NCBI GenBank assembly: GCA_013265495.1
Contig: MU058844.1
Coordinates: 2,893,520-2,957,519, forward strand
DNA: 64,000 nucleotides
Reading direction: 5' to 3'
Source: Vicugna vicugna
Taxonomy: Eukaryota
Shown: piece by piece, positions 39,034 through 50,800 of the stretch
Layout of the letters: each line of letters begins with the position of its first letter
How positions within the stretch are numbered: the stretch's first letter is position 1
The notes under the pieces: generated by a model
The model's database searches: none
What the model was told of the DNA's origin: nothing
The model's input: the letters and a program-made list of their open reading frames with translations, nothing else
Position numbers and translations under genes: made by a program

Positions 39034-39826
39034 TCTTTCAATCTTATTCACCAGGTTATAAGCACTACGAGGGCAGGAATTGCACCCACACTGGTCATCA
39101 CTGTAGAGTCAGCTTGGCGCATGGTATATATACACTTAATAACTTTGGAATGAATACTTTCCTTCCTCTCAATTTTCACCAAGCTTTTCAACCACGCTGT
39201 CCTCTCATCCAACAACCTCAGTGCTCACTTCCACTTAGTCCTTTAAAATTGATTCATGCTTTAACCTAAAAACTCAAAAAGAAATATTGAATCACTCACC
39301 TGGAAGGAATCCCTTCCTACATTAGTATTCACATAGCTCTTAACCTGATTTTTGTAAGAAATTTATAGCTTTCTAGCTTATATTATACTTAAGTATTTCT
39401 TTTATAATTTGTTAAGAGCAAGGATTATATCTTTTTACCTTTATATCCTTCTAGAAGATAGCCACAAAACTCAACATGGAAGATTTTCATGAAATATTCA
39501 TTTACTATGTAAATCTGGATTATTTACTGATATATAAATTCAGCTGTATTAGAAAGAGTTAGGTTTATTCAAAGGCAATTAGAAAGTTAGGTTTATTCAA
39601 ATTCAAAAGAGTTAGTTTTAATCTTTTTTACTTCAGAAAAGAAAAAAGAAAATTATCTCAGAGTTCTAACAAGTATTTCTATTATTTGATTTAAAATTGT
39701 CTAAAACCTATAAATGCCAAAGTCTTCAAGTTTAAATGCCCTGTAAATACTTTCTGTAGGTTCACTTACTTATTTTGTTCCATTGAGTTTGTCTTCACCT
39801 TCAGGTAAGTTCGGCGATGTCATCCC

Positions 39827-40399
39827 TGAGACAGGAGGTAAGGCGGCATGGCACAACCAATGAAGGAATGGCACACCAGTTGAGGACAGGGCAAACTGGA
39901 GAGAGCCAAGATGGCAGAAGAGTCTATTTCCAGGAGACTCTGAGCCTCATGGCACACCCACAGGCGCCATGACAGTTCCCAGGCTGACTGTAAAAGGCCG
40001 AAAAGTGGGCGGGACCTGATTCCTGGAAATCCCCACCCCTTCCTCAATTCAGATGGAATTCTCCTCCTGCTCGTTAGCATATGAAGTTACTGAGCCCATA
40101 AAAACTAATAGCCCTGCACTCGTGGTCACTCTCTCTCTTGCCTTCTGAGACAGCCCAGACTGTCTGTGTCTATTTCATCTTATCCTAAACATCCTTATAT
40201 CTCATGGCCTCTCTCCCTCTTGCCTTTTGAGATGGCCCGCATTCTGCCTGTAGAACGTGTATCTCCAAAGCCACTCTCCTTGCTGAGTGAGACGGACTGC
40301 ACTCTATACAGTGTGTATCTCACTAAGTGAACTTGCTTTCACTTTACTCCGGCTCACTCTTGAATTCTTTCCTGCTCCAGAACCTATTCTCTGGCAACA
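39827..40399 (+). mobile_element. ERV1-class solo LTR (~573 bp)
   Basis: TG...CA termini (tgagacagg...ggcaaca). TSD atccc/atcct. TATA-like cataaaa at 40097. Three internal imperfect tandem units at 40128-40322. Confidence 0.85.
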
Positions 40400-40845
40400 A
40401 TCCTCATAGATATACTCAATGTTTGTTATCACTATTTTTTTCAAAATCTTTATTAATTTTTTCATGTAAACATGAGTCCTGCCAAGTTAACTATACTTAT
40501 ATACAGATATTTACATCATATCATATTACCAGGAAAACAGTATTCTAGGTATTTTAGGCAGGAAAACACTTAACCAGAATTTGGTGCTTACAAAGCTGTT
40601 GGAGGGGCAAAGGCCAGAGGCGACTCCACCAGCACAGCTTTACCACTGGACTCAATGGGAAAACTGCTTCTGTGACCCAAGTTGGGATTTCCGCTTAACT
40701 GCTCCCAATGGTCACAGGTGTCTGCAACATAGAGACAGGTGATAAAAAGCAGAGGAACATCCAGAGATGGCTGCAAAACCTCACTTTTATCCATGCCCAG
40801 TTATTCGCCTGCCTATACTAGTAAAATAATAGTATGGTTTCTACC

Positions 40846-41037
40846 CAGTGGTGAGCTAAAACTCTCTAACAACTGACTCACTGAACAGGAGTAAAGTGCT
40901 GATTTGTAGTATTTGCCGACTTCCGTGATATAAACGCTCCCACTATGGCTGATTTAAAGCTACTGAATGAAGAGTTGGGTAGGGGTGCACAGGATTGGTT
41001 TCTTTGAGCTTTATGAGCGGGGGTCAGCATACCTCTG
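40846..41037. mobile_element. MER63-like hAT-Blackjack MITE
   Basis: cagtggtgagct...ctgatttgtagtatttgccgacttccgtgatataaacgctcccactatggctgattt...agcatacctctg. Confidence 0.8.
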
Positions 41038-41379
41038 CCTCTTTTCCGCATTACAAATATTACCAAATGTATCTCCCTGATGGAACTTAATACAAATTCA
41101 GACCCCTTGTTGGTATATAAAGGAGAAGGGGAGATGTATGGCTCTCAAAATGCCTCTGCAGTACAGGGCAAAGCAAAGGAGGAATCAAGTGTGGCAAGGG
41201 CCATCTAGCTCACATAACGGACACACTCGTGTCAGATGCCGTTTTTCCTTCTCGTGTGAGTAACAAAAACAAACCCTTGGTGATTTCATCTGCATCATGG
41301 CTTAGTTCTCAAACAATGTTCAAGCTTTGCATGGCTCATTTGAAAATCAGTGTTTAAGCAGGCACAACAACACTCATTT

Positions 41380-41620
41380 TAGCTAACATTTATCAAGCTA
41401 TTATCATGTGCTAGGCATTGTTATAAGCTTTACATGCATTACTCCATTTAGTCGTCCCAACAATTTCATGTGATAGGTTTGCTATTATCCTAATTTTACA
41501 GATGAGAAAATTGAAAGTTTTTATGGTTAAATAAAGGGCCCCAGATCACAGCTATTGAAGAGCAGCATGTTTCAAACTCAAGTTATATGACTCCAAAGCT
41601 GTTGCACTTACCTCGCTAAA
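41380..41620 (-). mobile_element. MIR (near full length)
   Basis: agctaacatttatcaag...atgtgctaggcattg...attttacagatgagaaaattga...tgactccaaagc. Confidence 0.85.
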
Positions 41621-44210
41621 ATAGTCTACCTTAAAAACATACAATACTTTATGAATTGTTGCTGCTTCTAAGCACCATGCTTGGTATCAGATGCTTGATA
41701 GCATCAAGTATCTTAGAATGAACATACTGAAGTATTTTTAGGACTCTGTTGCCTCTTAGCAATCGTCTGATGCTGTTTGGATAGCTTAGCACTGTAATAA
41801 GTCCAAAAGAAGAAAAAAAGTGTAGTGTACAGTTAACAATAATTTGACCATGAAGTGTCTTCTTTTCCTCTGTTTCCATCATTACTACCTAAAGGTTTGA
41901 GCTTTCCATCCTTCTGTTTAGATGAATATCTCTTATTAATAGTATCACTGAGCTTACAGTACATGAAAGAATAAAAAAAAATCTGCATAAGTTTCAAAAG
42001 GGAGAAAATATGGTGGAGAAACAGGATTCAATCTTCTTTTCAGTAAACACGAATTTTCTGGTTTAGAGATGTTTTGTTTCCAGGTACAGGGTCTGGTTTC
42101 AGTGTATAAGCTGTGTAAATGTACACATTGCTTGGAATCACCTCTCTAATTTTTCAAGTGCTTTGTCTTGCTGAACCCAGCAGAACATCCCTCTGTGTTT
42201 TCATGTCATGCTTGCATACCTTGCATTCCCCTTTCTCAATTTTGTTTTGAAAGCAAGCAAGCATCTCTCTTTATTATAAAGCATTAAGCGATAATTTAGT
42301 CAGTGTGCTTTTTACCTGTGTAATTTCAAGTTAATTGCATGGCTGCCTATTTGTTCAAGCCAAAGTAATTGTGCTTTCTGTCTTTAGTCAGTCTTTAATT
42401 TAAAGTGAATAAATAAAAGGGCATATTTGTGGGAGAGAAGCTGTCCTTTGAAGAGTGGTGGGCCTGATTTAAGGGGCAGGTGCTGTCCGTGTGGGACACC
42501 ACATCAAGTCTGGCCATGCTTTTGCCAATGCATGCTATGTTTGTGCCAACTCACTGCCTCAGATGCTCTCAGTTCTTGTCAAATACAAGAATGTAAGATG
42601 TTTCTCAGCTATGCAATATCTGGTTGATGTACCAAAACATAACAAGACATTGAGAACTCTGTGGTTCACATTTCTTCTACCAACTTCAGTTTGATGGTCA
42701 ACCCAATTATCCAATGATAGGCAAAGAAAGAAAATTTGAGTTATCATTAGATTTTTTTGAAAAAAAAGGAAAAATAGTGCTATGCTGCTTAATTGACCTA
42801 TTTGCCAAGAGACATTCAGAATTTCAAGGGTCAGAGACACTTTTTTCCTGAGCACTAGAACAAACAAGTTATTCTAGAGGTGTTTTCTTTATGATTTGCT
42901 AGGATTTTCTGCTATTTGCTATATCAGCCAAAAATTTCTCAGCTGTGTAGTATCTGGCCATTTTTTTGTTAGGCCAGATTAGTTAAACTTAACTTGACAT
43001 TCATATTATAAATCATCGCTGAAGGTGGAAGAAAGCAACTGTGGACCATTGAGCAGGAAAGCCAGTAAGAATGACAAGCCTGTTTCCAAAGCTAGCCAAA
43101 GTTAACCATCCCTAGTGCAGATGACACCAACATTAACCCCAGCTGATACTAATAAACACACACACAAAAAATACAATAGACTTAATGACTGTAAATGCTG
43201 TCTCCCATCTCAGCACAAAGTGCTGTGTCTGGGAATAAACGAGTATTTACCATTTCCTGAATTCTGCTCTGGCCAGTGGCCAACGGAGAATGTACATCAA
43301 AATTAGAAGAGATAGGAGGTGGAACTTGTTTCCAAATTGATCTGAGTAATGATAGCAAGCTTAAAAGCTGCCTCCCTGCTTTTAAGGTTCATTGTTGTCT
43401 GTTTTCAAGGGTAAAAGAAAACATTCAAGAAAATAACAGGAAGCCAGTCTACAGCTCAGAGAGAATCTTGCTCGATTTTGATTCCTTTGCAGCATTGCAT
43501 TATCATCTGTGTGGACGCAGAGCTCAACCCTGTCTCCTCTCCCTCCCCACCCCACCCCCATCACCCCACCCCACTCATGGACCCAGAGCTCACCCCTGCC
43601 AGACCTTGAAATGCATAAAGTGAAAATGAGAAGGGAAATGCCTTTGCCACACCTCTGTTTCTGTCTTAGGAGAGCTCTCCGGTACATCTGCTTGCTGTCT
43701 TACCCAGAGGCTTTATATGACCACATTAAATAGGGCAGATGCCATGAAGGGACAAATTGGATGTGTGCTGGCTTGAGCCATCTTTTAGAAAACCCCAGAT
43801 ACATTTCATCTTAATGAAACACCCACACAAAGAGAATCTCTGGTCTTTCAAGCCCAGAAGTCACTTGCTCCTTAGTCATGTTGTCTTCTTGGGAATTTTG
43901 AGACAGCTTCCTGAAAAATGCCATCAAATTTATTGTTGGCAGAGTCAGGAGAATGCACAGATTAAGAAAATCTATTTGGGATCATTGTTCTAGAAACAAT
44001 GTAACTAATTACATTTTTATCCAAAGAAGATATATTCTAATAACTACCTTGAACAGGAGATATGAGAGGAATATTTATTTATTAACAATTTTACTTTTAA
44101 AAATTAAAGTAGATGGCAGGAATTTGAAGTAAATGATAACCTCTCCCACACGTATAACCACACACATGTGTGCATTTTACACACAGGCACACACTCAAAT
44201 ATGTGGACAC

Positions 44211-45243
44211 TGTATTCATTTATAGGGCTATAGTAACAATGTACCACAGACCAGGGAGCTTAAAAAACAAACATTTATTCTCTTACAAATATGAGAAGCT
44301 AGAAGTTCAAAATCAAAGTGTCTTAGAGTCATGGTTCCTCTGGAGACTCTAAGAAGTCATCCCTCCTTGGCCCTTCCTACCTTCTGGTGGTTGACTGCAA
44401 TCTTTGGAGTTGTTTGGAATATAGATGCATCGCTACAATCTCTGCCTCCATCTTCACATGGTAGTCTTACCTCTGTGTGCACATGAATTTTTGAGGGACT
44501 ATTCAAACCAGTACAGTCTTCCTCTGGCCCCCAAAATTCATGTCTTTCCCATGTGCAAAATAGATTCAGTCCATCCCAACATCCCTAGAAGTCTTAGTCC
44601 ATTCTCATATTAACTTCTAACTCCAAAAATCTCATCTAAATGCCACCAAACCAAAAAAAAGTCCCAAATCTCACTATCTAAATCAGATGTGGGTGAGACT
44701 CTGGGTATGGTCCAACTGAGGCAAAAATTTCTCTCTGTCCACAGACCCATAAAACTAGAAAACAAGTTATCTGCTCCCAAAATACAAAAGGACAGATATT
44801 GGATAGATAGTCCCATCCTAAGGAGGAAAAAAAATGGAAGGAATAAAGGGATTTCTGGTCTAAAACAAATTCAAAACACAACAGGGCAAATTCCATGAGG
44901 TTTTCAAGGCTTGGGAATGACCCTGTGTGGCTCAGTGCTTTGTCCTTTGGAATCTCCAAAATGACTGTGCCACCCTCCATGGGTTCCCTGACTTGTAAAC
45001 ATATCACTCCAGTCTCTGCTTCCGTAGTCACATAGAGTTCTCTCTGCATTTGTCTCTGTGTCCAGATCTCCCTCTTCTTATAAGGACTAGACATTGGATT
45101 AGGGCCCACCCAAATCCAACATGACTTCATCTTACCTAGACTATATCTGCAAAGATCCTACTTCCAGACAAGATGCCATTCATAGGTATCAGGGATTGGG
45201 ACTTTAACGTATCTTTTAGGGAGGCACAATTCAACCCACGACA
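44211..45243 (-). mobile_element. Internally deleted MLT1(C-like) MaLR provirus: LTR-internal-LTR
   Basis: LTR at 44211-44515, MLT-internal-like sequence at 44516-~44985 and LTR 5' half at ~44990-45243. Flanking 5-bp TSD gacac/gacat. Confidence 0.8.
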
Positions 45244-45519
45244 GACATACACAAAAGGAGAGTGAGAGCAGTGATATAATATGCAGCCAAAGAAAAATTA
45301 TTGTAAAAATGTATGTCAAAATTTTCTTCTACTCTTATATGTAGGCAATAAACTTAATGATCAACATAAAAAAGGAAATCTGATCATTTACATAGTCCGT
45401 GGTGTCCATGAGATTTAAAAAACAAATAAATAAACTTAGTGCTGTGGAAAAACCCAACTACTGCTAATACTAAGACCAGAAAGAAGTAAATATCTAATTT
45501 AAGACTGTGTGTAAGATTA

Positions 45520-45906
45520 TAGGCATTCCTCAAGTTATTGCTCTTTGAAGACACTGCATTTTTTGCAAAACTGAATGTGGCAACCCCGCATCGAGCAAGT
45601 CTGTCAGCACTATTTTTCAGACAGCATTTGCTCACTTAGTGTCTCTTTGTCACATTTTTGCAGTTCTCACAATATTTCAAACCTTTTCATCATTACATTT
45701 GTTATGTGATCTGTGATCAGTGACCTTTGATGTTACTATTACAACTTGCTGAAGGTGCAGATAATGGTTAACATTTTTTTTAGCAATTGAGTATTTTTTT
45801 AATTAGGGTATGTACATTGTTTCTGTCCCCCCAACCCCAAATCTAGGTAACTCACTGTATTACAGTGGTCTGGAACCAAACCCACGATATCTCCAACATA
45901 TGCTTA
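45520..45906 (+). mobile_element. Tigger1-derived deleted DNA transposon (Tigger1a_Art-like)
   Basis: aggcattcctc...gtggcaaccccgcatcgagcaagtct...gtggtctggaaccaaacccacgatatctcc. TA flanks. Confidence 0.85.
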
Positions 45907-46644
45907 TATCTCTTTACAGACAAAAATCTGACTACACATAAAATGAAGCATTATTTGCTAGTTGCATATATATATCCTTCACTTTAAAAGAGCTTTAAAA
46001 TAGAATTACAAAGCAGAATAATGAATGGGAGGTGGAAATATATATTCTGAAATCACTTAAGTTGAAAGATCGTATTTAAATATTAGTTGTAGATGATTCT
46101 TAAAGAAGGTACAAATACACAGTTTAGTGATTTCCCCAGTCAAGAAGGTACTCTTAGAATTCGGGAAAGAGTTTAGAGGCAGAGAGTAAGGAAGCACTGC
46201 AACATTAGAATGTGCCAGCATATAAACAGACGCAAGGCTAGCGGAATGAGCATGGCTGTAAATTTCTTTGAAATAAGTTTCAGTTCAGATGACAGAGATT
46301 TTTCCACAGATGCGCAGTTCCAATTATGTAGTAGAAATCAGTAGCAAAATAGGATTTGATTTCTAGGGATTTACTTAGGAGCTAAATGTGTTGGAATAAC
46401 TTGGAAAGTAAATGATAACCGCATTTTGTAAAGATACTATCTTTATTCAGAATCTTCTCACTTTTCCAAACGGTGGTGTTTTATTTCAGGTACTCAGTCA
46501 TCTTTGGGGTTTTCTAACCTAATTCCAGCATTAGGTCCCCTGTTCCCAAGCATACTCTTTCTTCAGCCCACTTATATCAAAGTCATAATTGTTTCTGAAG
46601 CCTTACTTGTTAAGCTTTAGTTTTTATAAAAATTTCTTACAAGA

Positions 46645-46999
46645 CATGTTAGTCCATACATGCTGCTATAGCAAAATACCCACAGGCTGGGTGGCTCATC
46701 AACAGCAGACATTTATTTCTCACAATTCTGGAGGCTGGACGTTCCCAGTCAGATCAGGGTGCCAGGAGGGTAAGATCGATGTCCTCTTCCAGGTCACAGG
46801 CTTCTCGTTTTATCTGCACTTGGCAGAGCAAGAGAGGGAGCTCTTCAAGGTCTCTTCTGTAAGAACACGAATGCTGTCCATGAGCACTCCACCCTCATGT
46901 CCAAAGACCTCCCTCAGGCCCAGTCCTGATACCAGTGCCTTAGGCATTAGACTGTCAATGTATGGATTTTTAGGAGACATAAACATTCAGATGATAGCA
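46645..46999 (-). mobile_element. MLT1A-like MaLR solo LTR
   Basis: Perfect 5-bp TSD caaga (46640-46644 / 47000-47004). acatttatttctcacaattctggaggctgg...aaacattcagatgatagca. Confidence 0.88.
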
Positions 47000-47014
47000 C
47001 AAGATTTAGACAGG

Positions 47015-47443
47015 TGTGGTTGGCAGGAAAAAAAATTGCTCCCCAAATATGTATTTACTTCCTAATCCTGAGAACCTGTTAATACTACCTTGTTTGGAAA
47101 TAGATGTGATTAAACTAAGTATCTTGAGAGGAGGCATTGGTCTTTGATTAGCTGTGAGCCCTAAATGCAACCACATGGACCCTTATAAGAGAGAAGCAGA
47201 GGCAGATTGGACACAGACACACTCAGGGGAAGGTGATGTGAAGATGAGCAGAGAGAGATGCAGCCACAAGCTAAGAAATGCCAACAGCCACCAGAAACTG
47301 GAAAAGATGAGGAATGGATTCTCCCCCTTAGAGCTTCTACAGGAAGTTTACATCTTGATTTTAGAATTGTGAGGGAATCAATTGGATTTTTTAAGCCACC
47401 AAGTTTGTGGTGATTTGATACAGCAGACACAGATACCTATACA
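47015..47443 (+). mobile_element. MLT1C/D-like MaLR solo LTR
   Basis: tgtggttggcagg...ccttataagagagaagcagagg...ttttaagccaccaagtttgtggtgatttgatacagcag...ataca. Confidence 0.88.
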
Positions 47444-47510
47444 GTAAGTGAAAACATAGGAAACAAAAAAAGAGATGATTTAAAAAAAAATCCCTACCAA
47501 AATGAATATA

Positions 47511-47847
47511 CAGTCATCCCTTGGTAACCATGGGGGATTGGTTCCAGGACTACCTCACAGATAACAAAATCCATAGATGCTCAAGACTCTGTATAAGTTG
47601 TATAGCATTTGCATAGAACCTACACACATTCTCCCATGTGCTTTAAACCATCTCTAGATTACTTATAATGCCTAATACAACGTAAACACTATGTAAATAG
47701 TTGTAAATACAATATCAATGCTATTAAAACAATTGCCAGTGCGTAGCAAATCCAAGTTTTGCTTTTTGGAATTTTTTCCCTAATATTTTCAACCTGCAGT
47801 TGGTTGAATCCATGGAGGCAGAACCCATGGATATGGAGAGCTGACTA
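47511..47847 (+). mobile_element. MER2-like Tigger MITE, near full length
   Basis: cagtcatcccttggtaaccatgggggattggttccaggac...ggatatggagagctgact. TA on both flanks. Confidence 0.9.
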
Positions 47848-50800
47848 TATATCTCTTCCTGTTGATAACTACCATTTTCCAAGCATCCCACCAGAGAGGT
47901 GCCAGCGAAGGTTTTGCTTTATGCCCAGCATCCTAACGCTTTCAAAAACCTACGCAATGTGTGATTAAATTCTGGGCAGTGTCAGGGGTAGCCAAATATT
48001 CACGGTATTAAAATGTGTATCACGTTCTTATACTTAGTGATCTGCAAAATAGTAGATGCTGTTACTGCATAGCACAATCATTAATTTATGGGCCTCTGGG
48101 ATTGTTTTTTTCAATGAAATCATTCCCAGAAATGGAGCTTTATAAACAAAACAAAACAAAAAAGAAATGAAAAGTCAATTGCAAAATCAGAAGATCATAT
48201 TTGTTTTGCTCACCCTTTCTGTTATGTTTCTGGTTTTGCCTGCCTTGTGAAGCCTTTTCTGACGTTTCTAACTCAGAAGTGATCTCTCTTTCTCTCTTTC
48301 TTCATCTTTTCTATATCTCTCTTCTGTAATTCCACCTGCTTCATACACTTTATCATAACTTCAAAGCTCATAGCTTTTCTCTTTTTGATTAGTGACAGGT
48401 AAGTTATGTACTAGTATCTTCTACTAGATTTTAAATTCTTTTTTGAGGTTAGGGTTTTCTCATCTGCATATGGCTCAGAATATTAGCAGTAAGCATTATG
48501 TTCCTTGCTGACTTGAATCAATAATAATCTAATTAATTAGCTCAACATTATGTTATTTCCTATGACAGTAGTTACATGAGTGAGTAGTGATACCAAGCTA
48601 CCCCAATAGGTCTAAGTGATACAATTACACAGGAGCCTGAAATAAAAACCATGTTTTTTATTAATTCTTGTGGTACATCTGGACGACATAAGCTGTAGTT
48701 ATGAAGTCATGGGAGCCATGAAAACACTTGTACCTATGCACAAAGATGATCTCGTGACAGGTCTCTCCAAGAGTTTATACGCTGAGTGCCTCTCAGAGTG
48801 TCCCCTTGCAAAAATCACGAGCCTTTTTATTACTTATTTATTATACTTCAACCAGGTTACAAAAGAGGAGCATCCCCCTGCATCTGCTGCTCTCACAAAC
48901 AATTGTGGCCACCCTCAACTGTGGGATCTACCTTTTTTAGGCTTCATTACTCTCTTAACACCTGGATAAGCAGGGACCTTGGAGGCAACTTTTCATACAA
49001 AGATAAGCCTGAAAAAGGCCTTTAAGACCACAGATAGCTTAAAGATAAAATTAAGGTCATTGTTCTCTAATTACAACACCTCTTCAGGGAATTTGTTATT
49101 CTTACACAAGTCAGCACCAATCAGTCACAAAGCATTTTGAGTCACTAACATTAAACCTAGCCTTTAGCTATAATGCAAGGCAAGATTGGATTAAGACATT
49201 TTACATAGATAACTCATTGAAGTCATTGACTTAAAATGCCCAATTTTTGTTTTGCAGATAGAAGTATATAATCAGCCAAGAGGAACAAAACAGAATGTTC
49301 ACAGACCTTTGTCTTTACATGAATTAAAATATAACCTGCAGAACATTTTAAGCAAATCCATCTATGGCTTTGTAAGGTCTCTTTTAAACCACTTTGGTTA
49401 TGTATTGTTTTATGTTTAAGTTTTGCATTCAACAGATCAAATGAAAGCAAAACTCTGATAAATGTACCTGCCAAACTTTGCCCCAAATAGATTTCAGTGA
49501 CAAAATTTTAGATTATCCAAAACCTGTTTGGCCTACTGTGCAGGACTTTCTGAGTAGAGAAAATGTTAGGAAGGTTAGAGCCATATGGTTCACATACCTG
49601 TAGAATTGAAGTAGAGATAAAACAAAAGACCTTTACTTTGTATTTATTGTCTAGGAGCTAGGTGAATATACATTCTGTTGCTCAGCTAGATCAGTTTGGG
49701 GAGTTTCTTATTACTTTTAAATTCCTCTCTCTCAAGCTTAATGCAATTATCTGAATAGGTTAGATAATGCTGGTTAAATGAAAGAATGTGAGAAAGCTCA
49801 GATAATAGAAAGAGAATCTGATTAAGACTAAGTCAGGAAATACCCCTGAATCATGGGCACCATCTCTGACACCTAACTTTATCTACATTATATAAATCTT
49901 CCTCACCATCAAAATTTAGCTCAAACTTACACCCTCTACATATTTCTCATAATCGCCTCTCTTCAAATTCCTACAGCATTATGCACCCTCCACCCCGCCC
50001 CAGCTATACAACTTAAGAAAAATTAGATGGATATGACATCATTTCTTCTTGCTTCATCTATTTTGTCTTGCTCCACACTTGGGGGGATTGTAAGTCTCTT
50101 GAAGAGACTCAATGCCCCTTGGCTTTGTATATCCTTCAAAGTGACTAGCACAGAGCGGCTACGCTGTTGAATGTACACATTCAAGCTTCCCAAAAAAGAA
50201 ATCTTGTTTTGGTAAGATGCACTCCAAATTATTACCTTTTTTAATATAAAAAACCCATATACCCATGGGAGATCTATGTAGTTGCAGTAAATCCCAGGAG
50301 AATACTTTTAATGACTACCTAAGGTCTGCGCTACCTGAGATGCATCATGACACAAATACAGCGGGTGGGGAGAGAAACATAATTACAAACTCCAGGTGTT
50401 TGGTACGCCTTTTCTTGCATGCAGCTGCCATTATCTCTGCTTATTGTTGACGTGTCATTTTACATTCTGGCAGCAATGATTTTTCCTAATTATATACAGG
50501 AAAATAAATTGTAGTATGTGTTTAATACAAACAATCTGTTATTTGGGCAGTCATGTCAAACAGTTAATCATGTTTAAAACTAACAGGAACAGATTAGGGG
50601 ACAGAAATATACTGTGAAAAGACAACTTCCTCTTTTCTTAACCTTGATTTAAAATGTAATCTGGAGGTCAGAAAAGTGACTTCAAGAAACATGTTAGCAT
50701 TTTTACCACTGAATACTTTCTCCTTTAACATGCAGAATTCTTTTGGATTAGATGACACATCCTGCTTCTAGCTTAGGTATCCCCACAGAGACCTGTCTCT

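Larger units (their letters stand above)
36700..39160 (+). mobile_element. Long fragmented L2 LINE hosting MIR, Vic-1 SINE and MLT1C insertions
   Basis: Pyrimidine-rich L2 motifs: tcatgctgatgactcccaagtctata (37338), caaaatcaacatgt, ctagccctgatcactttc, ctccaatcaattctccacattgca. L2 3' end at about 39050-39155. Confidence 0.7.

Noticed and set aside
44610..45130. Overlapping ORFs up to 150 aa
   Set aside because: Within MLT1 LTR/internal sequence. These are chance open frames.
46589..47065. Longest ORF (158 aa)
   Set aside because: Lies almost entirely in an antisense MLT1A LTR, starts at TTG rather than ATG, and has no recognisable domain.
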